NCBI RefSeq assembly: GCF_000284455.1
Contig: NC_017039.1
Span: 900,001 to 932,000, forward strand
Length of the DNA: 32,000 bases
Direction of reading: 5' to 3'
Source: Synechocystis sp. PCC 6803 substr. PCC-P
GTDB taxonomy: Bacteria > Cyanobacteriota > Cyanobacteriia > Cyanobacteriales > Microcystaceae
Part shown: one piece after another, positions 25,671 through 32,000 of the stretch
Position numbering within the stretch: position 1 is the stretch's first letter
How the letters are laid out: the number at the start of each line of letters is the position of its first letter
The notes under the pieces: generated by a model
Seen by the model: only the letters and a program-made list of their open reading frames with translations
What the model was told of the DNA's origin: nothing
Databases searched by the model: none
Position numbers and translations under genes: made by a program

Positions 25671-26288
25671 TTAATTCTGTTTTTCCACCTGGGTAAATTC
25701 CAATTCCACCGGGGTTTCCCGACCGAAAATGGACAGTAAGGCTTTTAGCTTACTTCTTTCTGGACTGACTTCAATCACGTCCCCTTCAAAATCCTTAAAG
25801 GGGCCGGAGAGCACCATGATGTGATCACCGATTTCCATATCGATTTTCACCACGGGTTCCTGCTCATCCACGTGACGGAAGATTCGTTCCACTTCCCCAT
25901 GACTGAGGGGCATGGGTAAAACGTGGCCCCGCCCCCGACCATAGTGACGCTTCTGCTCAGAGCCGACGAAGTTGATCACGTGGGGGGTATTTTTTACCAC
26001 CTGCCAAGCGTCATCGTCCATAATCATGCGGATGAGCACGTAGCCAGGGAAAATTTTCTCTTCCCCCTGCACCCTTGCCCCGTCTTTGCGGATTTTTACG
26101 ATGGGAGTTTTGGGAATTTCCACCTGGAGGATGCGATCAGCCACGTCCAAGGTGTGAATCCTCTGCTCAAGGTTTAACTTAACCCGCTTTTCACAGCCAG
26201 AGGCTACCTGTACGGCAAACCAATGGCCTTCGGAGGGTGTTTTTTTGTTTTGTTCCGCGACCGGAGATTGATCGTCAGTGAAGCTCAT
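25671..26288 (-). CDS. nusG: Transcription termination/antitermination factor NusG
   Basis: The ORF track extends to a TTG at 26342. ATG at 26288 gives MSFTDDQSP...HWFAVQVASGCEKRVK (NGN domain). The C-terminal KOW domain reads GDHIMVLSGPFKDFEGDVIEV. Confidence 0.93.
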   Translation of the reverse strand: MSFTDDQSPVAEQNKKTPSEGHWFAVQVASGCEKRVKLNLEQRIHTLDVADRILQVEIPKTPIVKIRKDGARVQGEEKIFPGYVLIRMIMDDDAWQVVKNTPHVINFVGSEQKRHYGRGRGHVLPMPLSHGEVERIFRHVDEQEPVVKIDMEIGDHIMVLSGPFKDFEGDVIEVSPERSKLKALLSIFGRETPVELEFTQVEKQN

Positions 26289-26567
26289 GACAACATGTAC
26301 GAGGAATATTGACTGGGGGGATTGCCGGCAATCCAGGCTCAAGTTTGAGCAAGACTGGGCAGAGTGAATGTTGGGGATTTAGAATTTCTAAAACTTCAAC
26401 AGGATCGAAAAAATAAAAAATATCGAGGGCGTAGCTGAGAAATAAAAATCTTATTTTACTTAGATAACTTAACAGGAAGCTTGACTAGAAGTTTCTCATC
26501 AGCTATCGAAAGAAAGTCAAAGCTTATTGGGCAGTAATTTACCGACCCCTTGGCTCCACTGAGTTCG

Positions 26568-26813
26568 TTAACCGAAAAGGAAAGGTTGTTTGGTAATCCA
26601 GCCAAAGATTTGATCAACGAAGTAGATAACCGTCGAAACCAAGATAACCATCAAAATCACGGCTACGGATTCGCTGATTAGCTGTTGACGGGAGGGCCAA
26701 ACCACTTTTGCCAACTCATCTTTGGTGGCTGCAATGAAGTTGCTCCGGGCCTGGACATTGTCCACGGAATTGTCTTCGGTACTGTCGGTTCTGACCGCTT
26801 CCTTCTTAACCAC
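26568..26813 (-). CDS. secE: Preprotein translocase subunit SecE
   Basis: The 81-aa product has a GTG start. It carries the conserved ...ATKDELAKVVWPSRQQL... followed by a single C-terminal TM helix (SVAVILMVILVSTVIYFV). Its position upstream of nusG also supports the call. Confidence 0.8.
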   Translation of the reverse strand: MVKKEAVRTDSTEDNSVDNVQARSNFIAATKDELAKVVWPSRQQLISESVAVILMVILVSTVIYFVDQIFGWITKQPFLFG

Positions 26814-26924
26814 AGGTTTTTCTTGCCTCCCAAATCGTTATAACTAATGAGAAAATCTGGAACATCACCGAACGCAAAGTCGAATAATTGCGTAACAATC
26901 GTTGGCGAGGTAATTGGTGGTCAA

Positions 26925-26997
26925 CGCGCCCTGGAGGACTTGAACCCCCGACATCAGGTTTTGGAGACCTGCGTTCTACCAACTGAACTAAGGACGC
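26925..26997 (-). tRNA. trnW: tRNA-Trp (anticodon CCA)
   Basis: The minus-strand 73-mer is GCGTCCT-TA-GTTC-AGTTGGTA-GAAC-G-CAGGT-CTCCAAA-ACCTG-ATGTC-GGGGG-TTCAAGT-CCTCC-AGGGCGC-G. It folds as a cloverleaf with a 7-bp acceptor stem and a T-loop TTCAAGT. The 3' CCA is not encoded. Confidence 0.93.
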
Positions 26998-27114
26998 ATA
27001 GTCTGGGCTGAGGTTAGCCCTGGAGTCTGCACTCTGGCACCATCATACCCTAATTTGCTGCCAATTCCCATCGATGGCGATCGCCATTGGTGTTGGAGAT
27101 CACAGTTTCGCTGA

Positions 27115-27483
27115 CTACAGAGCCCGGTCAAACCGCTGCTTGATGCGGGTAGCTTTACCAACCCGATCCCGGAGATAGTAAAGTTTGGCCCGACGAACCT
27201 TACCGCGGCGCAACACTTTGATGCTGGCAACCCGGGGAGAATGGAGCAGGAAAACCCTTTCCACACCAACACCTTGGAAAATTTTCCGTACGGTAATGGT
27301 TTCGCTGATGCCGCCGTTGCGTTTGGCAATGACGGTGCCTTCGTAGGGTTGGATCCGTTCTTTCCCACCTTCGACAATCTTGACCCCAACCTTGATGGTG
27401 TCACCGACATGGATGGTGGGCAGGTCTTCTTTGAGAAACTCTGCCTCAATGGAATTGATTATGGCTTGGGCGTTCATGGTCAT
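27115..27483 (-). CDS. rplS: 50S ribosomal protein L19
   Basis: The product has ...[51 protein letters not shown]...RRAKLYYLR. The start is ambiguous among 27498, 27483 and 27477. I chose 27483 (122 aa). Confidence 0.93.
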   Translation of the reverse strand: MTMNAQAIINSIEAEFLKEDLPTIHVGDTIKVGVKIVEGGKERIQPYEGTVIAKRNGGISETITVRKIFQGVGVERVFLLHSPRVASIKVLRRGKVRRAKLYYLRDRVGKATRIKQRFDRAL

Positions 27484-27620
27484 AGTAAAAACTGACAATT
27501 TCTCATCATAACTGATTTACCCTCTTTTGCAAAAGTTGCTTTTTTCCCACTTGCCTTGCTGTTGCGCCCGGACTGTTGGCCGCTAGAATGCAGTTTTGCT
27601 GGATCATAATTGAAAAGCCG

Positions 27621-28013
27621 ATGACCACCATTACCTCCCAGGCGATCGCCCGTTACCGTGACCAACTTGCCCATTGTCCGGAGGCAATGCAGGCGCTGGA
27701 TACCATCGAGGATTGTGAAGGTAATTTAGAAGATGCGGCCCTGACCCTGGGCATCCAAGTGGGGCAACAGCCCGATCGCAATGATTGGCTAGAGGGTTTG
27801 GCCAAAAGATGCCGAGTAGCCATTTGTGAGGGGGGTTTTCCGGCGGCATTAAAAGACAATAACATCAGTACAGTGGTCAATCACCTTAGCGAACGCAAAG
27901 TCTGTCATCCCCTGTTAGCGCCCCTGGTGGTGGCCTATGTTTTGGAGCAAGGCATTGATGATTTTTGCGCTCCTATCCATTTCAAGCTCAATTACGATGG
28001 TGAAAACAATTGA
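27621..28013 (+). CDS. Hypothetical protein (Cys-containing, no recognised domain)
   Basis: The ORF track gives 27576..28013 with a TTG start. In-frame ATGs lie at 27588 and 27621, and I chose 27621 (MTTITSQAIARYRDQL...). Its stop TGA overlaps the TTG start of the next gene (TTGA at 28010-28013), suggesting coupling. Confidence 0.5.
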   Translation: MTTITSQAIARYRDQLAHCPEAMQALDTIEDCEGNLEDAALTLGIQVGQQPDRNDWLEGLAKRCRVAICEGGFPAALKDNNISTVVNHLSERKVCHPLLAPLVVAYVLEQGIDDFCAPIHFKLNYDGENN

Positions 28014-29005
28014 CCGGTGATATTCTGACCACCCAATCCCAGGATAGGCAAGGAATAAAACGATGGGATGAACGCATTGGTTGTCAGCGGGAATGGAGTT
28101 GGCGGGGTTGGCAAATTCGGTATAGTTTTCGTCACCCTATTGAGCCCACTGGTTTACCTCCCCTGTTGCTTATCCATGGTTTTGGGGCGGCGATCGAGCA
28201 TTGGCGTTACAACATGTCGTTTTTTGCTCAACACACCAGCGTTTACGCCATTGATTTGCTTGGTTTTGGTGGTTCCCGCAAAGCTGACGAACGTTACAGT
28301 GCTTACTCCTGGGCAGACCAGGTGCGGGATTTCTGTCGGGAAATAATTGGCTGTCCCACCGTGTTAGTGGGAAATTCCATTGGTTCCCTGGTGGCGTTAA
28401 CTATGGCAGCAGAAAGTCCAACCCTAGTGGCCGGATTAATTATGGCAAGTTTGCCGGACGTTTCTCTTCGTCAGCAGGCCGCCCCTCGTTTTTTAAGACC
28501 TTGGATTGAAAAGGTGGAAAGCGCTTTTTCCCCTCCTTGGTTACTCAATGGCCTATTCAAGTTTGTTCGTCGTCCCCCGATTATCAAGCGTTGGGCCGGT
28601 TTGGCCTATGGTTTGCGGCAGGAACAGCTTGATCTAGACCAGTTTGAAGAGGAATTGGTGCAAATTATTTGTTCTCCTCCCCAGGATTTGGGGGCAGAGG
28701 TTGCCTTTCGGCAATTGTTTAGCTCTGTGCGTCAGTCCCACTTTGCGCCGTCGGTGAAGGAGTTATTGCCTACCCTGGATTTACCCATATTGTTGCTTTG
28801 GGGAGATGGCGATCGGTTTATCCCCTGTCGATATGGCCAGCAATTTGCCCTGTTGAACAAAAAAATTGAATTTCAACTTTGGCCTGGAGTCGGCCACTGT
28901 TTACATGACGAGTGCCCAAATAAGTTTAATCAAACTTGCTTAACTTGGCTAAGGCGGAATTTTGATAAATCCTTTGAACTAAGCGAGCCGGTGGTGACGG
29001 CTTGA
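28010..29005 (+). CDS. Alpha/beta-fold hydrolase
   Basis: The 331-aa product has the oxyanion motif LLLIHGFGAAIEHW, the nucleophile elbow GNSIGS, an Asp in WGDGDRFIP and a His in GHCLHDE. The only in-frame start upstream of the conserved core is TTG 28010. Confidence 0.8.
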   Translation: MTGDILTTQSQDRQGIKRWDERIGCQREWSWRGWQIRYSFRHPIEPTGLPPLLLIHGFGAAIEHWRYNMSFFAQHTSVYAIDLLGFGGSRKADERYSAYSWADQVRDFCREIIGCPTVLVGNSIGSLVALTMAAESPTLVAGLIMASLPDVSLRQQAAPRFLRPWIEKVESAFSPPWLLNGLFKFVRRPPIIKRWAGLAYGLRQEQLDLDQFEEELVQIICSPPQDLGAEVAFRQLFSSVRQSHFAPSVKELLPTLDLPILLLWGDGDRFIPCRYGQQFALLNKKIEFQLWPGVGHCLHDECPNKFNQTCLTWLRRNFDKSFELSEPVVTA

Positions 29006-29060
29006 AAAAGCTGCCAGGAAAATCAATAATGACAAGACTTTCAAATAGATTTTTAATCAG

Positions 29061-30140
29061 CTAAAAACTGTACCAGTCACGAATGGAATCAGCAAAGGTT
29101 TCATCACCATTATCTTGATCATTGTCGGTAAATTCTATAATAGAAGTTTGTTGGGCATCTAGGGACTCCTGCCGACGTCTTTGTAAGTAGGTTGCATCAT
29201 TATCTGTGTGAGTTGTATGCCGCCCATCCCGTTGATTTTTTTCGATTTGTCGCAAAATTTTGCGCACTACAGAGGCTAAGTTTTTAGCGGTTATTTTTTC
29301 ATAGGCAATGCCATAAACGTCGAGCACTTGTTCTAGGTCTAATAAAGCGGCATGGTAGTCCCTCACCCCCCGCCGAATTTTGCTAGAAAGTTCATCTAGG
29401 CTAACTTTGTCTTGGGCAACGCCAATGTTACGGGCAAATTCTTCTAGTTCTATCAGAATGGAATGGGCTGTACTAAAGGAGTCTATTTCATCGATATTTA
29501 GAGGGGTGGATTTTTTTAGAGGGTCCCGCATAATTGCGCCAATTCCCCTTAGCACAGCGGTGCGAATCTCCCCTCGCATCTGTTCAACTCGTTGCATCTG
29601 AAATGCTTTTCCTTCTTCACTGGCCACATACATGGGGGGCAAGCGATTTAGTGTATAGCTAGCCACCTCGGCAATGCTGACAAATTTGGCGACGTTGACG
29701 GGTAGTTTTTGCAGTTCGTTATAAATTTCATCCTTGACTACTACTTCCAGTAAGTTAAGACAGGTTTTCCGCTGACGTTTTTGTTCTTCTTCTTTTTCGT
29801 CTAATAGGTTTTCTAACAATGATTGGCTGATGCTATCGGAGGTAATGCCATAAATGGGAGCGATAATATCTAGCAAGTTTTTGGCGATCGGCACATAGGC
29901 TTCCTTTCGATTCAGGCTTTCAATCAGGTTATACATGTCCGACACCAAACGTTTGATCTCTGGTTGGACTTTAACTAAGTTCACTAGTAGTGTGTAAGTG
30001 GAGCAACTGCCCACAACCTTCGGATCGTTTTCCCAAACTTTGTTGGTCAGACCGTAAATAATTTTCTTTAGTCTAATTCTTTCGCGGTCACTCTCAATTT
30101 TGTTGATAACATCGGGTAAGCATTCCGTGTTAAATTTCAT
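29061..30140 (-). CDS. Hypothetical 359-aa protein with a central ComFB-like domain and acidic C-terminal tail
   Basis: Residues ~127-207 (nt 29520-29762) read LNLLEVVVKDEIYNELQKLPVNVAKFVSIAEVASYTLNRLPPMYVASEEGKAFQMQRVEQMRGEIRTAVLRGIGAIMRDP. This matches the ComFB signature (...ALN.LPP.YV...G...). The flanking regions match no family I recognise. Confidence 0.7.
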   Translation of the reverse strand: MKFNTECLPDVINKIESDRERIRLKKIIYGLTNKVWENDPKVVGSCSTYTLLVNLVKVQPEIKRLVSDMYNLIESLNRKEAYVPIAKNLLDIIAPIYGITSDSISQSLLENLLDEKEEEQKRQRKTCLNLLEVVVKDEIYNELQKLPVNVAKFVSIAEVASYTLNRLPPMYVASEEGKAFQMQRVEQMRGEIRTAVLRGIGAIMRDPLKKSTPLNIDEIDSFSTAHSILIELEEFARNIGVAQDKVSLDELSSKIRRGVRDYHAALLDLEQVLDVYGIAYEKITAKNLASVVRKILRQIEKNQRDGRHTTHTDNDATYLQRRRQESLDAQQTSIIEFTDNDQDNGDETFADSIRDWYSF

Positions 30141-30402
30141 GATAGTTAGCGAGTGTTAGGGAAAGAATTCTTGCTGACCAAGGCTAATGCAGCCAGTGGT
30201 GTCGGAGGAAAAAGACAAAAGCACTTAAACTATTTTCAACGATTGTGCTGACTGCCAACAATAGTATGATAACAGGCCGACACCAACACCATAGTCTAGA
30301 GATGATTGCCCCAATGGTATCTCCTGAAATCGCTCCCCGGATGTAAGTGGACGATGGCCGTTCAAAAAGTTCACTTCAACTTATTTGGTTTAACTAAAAC
30401 AG

Positions 30403-31098
30403 TCAATTGGAACCAACAGCAGGCTCTCCTAGATGTTGGGCGAGAAGATGGCGACATTCTTCTACCGATCGCCGTTGGGCCAGGGCTTGTTGCAACTGAC
30501 CATGGGCTTGGCGGTGTTGTTCCAGCAGGTTTTTAGCTTGGAGAAAAGCCCAACTTTCCTTTTGCTGTAGTTTAATTTCTGGCAGTCCTGCCCGACGAAA
30601 AGCTTGGCGTAGCTGTTGGCGATCGCCGTTTCCTCCCTGGGATTCACCATAGATAATTTTTTCTGCGGCAATGCCCGCCATCCAAACCGTAGCCCAACGT
30701 TCCAGAGCTTGGGGGCGGAGGTGCCAATCCCGACACTGATTTTCTAGATTGGTCGTATCAAATTGGATGCCCGCCATTCCCCCGGCTCCCTGGCGCAGAA
30801 CTTCCCAGGGACTAAGACTGTAGTTAGTAATGGGAATTTGTAGGCAATGGGCCACCAGAAAATGCCCTGCTTCATGGCACAAAATTCTCTCTTTTTCCGC
30901 TTTGGTTTGGAAGAGACCGACAAAAAAGTCTGTCCCCTTGCCCTGCCAACTAATTTGATCCGCTGTGATTATGCCCAAAATCCCTAAGGTCGCCGCTGCT
31001 GGAATAGCCGGAGAAAGGTGCACTATCGGCCCCACCAGGGCAGACATCATCATTAGGAAAATGGCGATCGCCACCAGATTTAAACGACTATCAGACAT
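30403..31098 (-). CDS. Membrane protein with FtsH-type (M41-like) zinc-metallopeptidase domain but no AAA+ module
   Basis: Two N-terminal hydrophobic helices are present, followed by HEAGH (nt 30862-30876). Further on, AGIAAEKIIYGESQGGNGDRQQL aligns by eye with the FtsH segment GGRLAEEIIYG...TGASNDI. Confidence 0.75.
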   Translation of the reverse strand: MSDSRLNLVAIAIFLMMMSALVGPIVHLSPAIPAAATLGILGIITADQISWQGKGTDFFVGLFQTKAEKERILCHEAGHFLVAHCLQIPITNYSLSPWEVLRQGAGGMAGIQFDTTNLENQCRDWHLRPQALERWATVWMAGIAAEKIIYGESQGGNGDRQQLRQAFRRAGLPEIKLQQKESWAFLQAKNLLEQHRQAHGQLQQALAQRRSVEECRHLLAQHLGEPAVGSN

Positions 31099-31161
31099 GG
31101 TCAGGAAAAATAGCTCCAGTTAATCAACTTGGTCAGAGGCAGGGTCCATCAACGTGGGTAA

Positions 31162-31644
31162 TTAAAAGCGCACTTGGGAATAGGCCGCGTCGGAAATGGT
31201 GGGAATTTCTGCGTAGCGTCCCAGCACTGATTGAACAATGCCGAAAAATCCACAGGCTAAGGCCCCAAGGAAAGCAAAATTGTAGAGGGTTTCGGTAACT
31301 AGTCCCTGGCCAAACACTGGCTGGATCACGTAGGCAACGATTAAGCCAAACAAGGATAGGAGAATGCCAATTAGGATGGCTTGCATAGCATTGAAGCGGA
31401 TAAAGTGGGAGATATTGTTGTTTCTCACCACTGCCATAAACAGCACAATAAAGATGATAAAAGAGGCAAAGGGAAACTGATAATAGAATTGCAACAGGGG
31501 CATAATGGGCAAGTAAATTATCTGTAAAACAGGAAATTGTTGTAATAAAAATCCCCCAAACATGAATGCATCAATGAGGGGAATCACATAAATCAAAGCA
31601 CTGAAAAAACGATCTTTCCCGTCTGCCGTACTGTTAGATGCCAT
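31162..31644 (-). CDS. ycf60: Tic20-family membrane protein (Ycf60)
   Basis: The 160-aa product has 4 TM helices and family motifs DRFFSALIYVIPLIDAF ... FIRFNAMQAILIGILL. Confidence 0.85.
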   Translation of the reverse strand: MASNSTADGKDRFFSALIYVIPLIDAFMFGGFLLQQFPVLQIIYLPIMPLLQFYYQFPFASFIIFIVLFMAVVRNNNISHFIRFNAMQAILIGILLSLFGLIVAYVIQPVFGQGLVTETLYNFAFLGALACGFFGIVQSVLGRYAEIPTISDAAYSQVRF

Positions 31645-31893
31645 AGAAAATTCCTTGTTGATTTAAAAAGAGTTACGCAGATTATGCCCTGATTTTAACC
31701 TGGGTTCGTCATGGCCCAGATTCGGTCTTCCCCCAGGCGATCGCCAAGGAAAAATTATTTTTCTGACCCGCTACCGTGGCGACAATGGTGGCCAGGTTGA
31801 TACTCCTCAGGTTGGTTAACAGCCTATCCAAAACTTGCTAGAGTGTTCATTGGCCAAAAATCCCATTAATTCTTTTATTATTACCGCTTTGCC

Positions 31894-32000
31894 ATGGTTA
31901 ACACCTACACCGCCGAAATCCAACACCAGGGTCAGACCTATACCATCTCCGTTCCCGAGGATAAAACGGTGCTCCAAGCGGCGGATGATGAGGGGATACA
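31894..32000 (+). CDS. Plant-type [2Fe-2S] ferredoxin, N-terminal fragment (3' end outside window)
   Basis: ATG at 31894 gives MVNTYTAEIQHQGQTYTISVPEDKTVLQAADDEGI..., the characteristic ferredoxin N-terminus. The Cys ligands lie beyond the window. Confidence 0.8.
   Translation, partial: MVNTYTAEIQHQGQTYTISVPEDKTVLQAADDEGI

Noticed and set aside
26988-27449. 153-aa alternative-frame minus ORF overlapping rplS and the tRNA-Trp 5' end
   Set aside because: It is out of frame with the clearly recognisable L19 sequence and overlaps a tRNA gene. The product is Ser/Pro/Lys-rich noise.
30207-30285. Long-range complementarity GGTGTCGG / CCGACACC in the 262-nt spacer between the M41-like gene and the ComFB-domain gene
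   Set aside because: This is a single 8-bp pairing enclosing a loop of roughly 55-60 nt, with no supporting secondary stems or U-tract. That is insufficient to call an RNA element.
1-32000. Search for CRISPR arrays, transposases/IS ends, integrases, phage genes, restriction-modification systems or other multi-gene defence islands
   Set aside because: No spaced direct-repeat array is present. No ORF has transposase, integrase, or defence-system helicase or nuclease signatures, apart from the BrnTA pair and the GIY-YIG protein reported above. The window is dominated by housekeeping genes.

Overview
This window reads as core chromosome of a unicellular cyanobacterium, almost certainly Synechocystis sp. 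PCC 6803 or a very close relative. The evidence is about two dozen copies of the HIP1 octamer GCGATCGC, plus gene content and order that match my memory of that genome; I could not run a search to confirm. Left to right, the window holds: the 3' end of a sensor kinase with a REC-AraC regulator and a PatA-type regulator (UirS/UirR/LsiR-like cassette, with a ~0.5 kb leader before lsiR); a membrane protein; aroQ; mgtE; a GT4 glycosyltransferase; a 2H-phosphoesterase-like protein; a small secreted protein; a tight minus-strand operon (TRAM/m5U RNA methyltransferase, RsbW-like PmgA, lipase); ilvA; sepF; a cupin; a BrnT/BrnA toxin-antitoxin pair back to back with a perfect CIRCE operator and groES-groEL; an A+T-rich SBP-GGDEF-EAL gene; a Nudix hydrolase; aroC with a GIY-YIG-like protein; the rplS / tRNA-Trp / secE-nusG-rplKAJL cluster; a hypothetical protein translationally coupled to an alpha/beta hydrolase; a ComFB-domain protein; an M41-peptidase-only membrane protein; a Tic20/Ycf60 homologue; and the 5' end of a plant-type ferredoxin. 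I found no CRISPR array, transposase, integrase, prophage or multi-gene defence island. The under-described items most worth following up are the 359-aa ComFB-domain protein, the GIY-YIG protein with three QxxLF clamp-binding-like motifs, a CxC...CxxC cluster in the ATP lid of PmgA, a degenerate receiver pocket in LsiR, a G11 tract inside the lipase gene, candidate UirR operator repeats, a HIP1-based attenuator hairpin before rplJ, and the Tic20/M41-peptidase gene pair. All functional readings are from motif recognition by eye and need computational or experimental confirmation.
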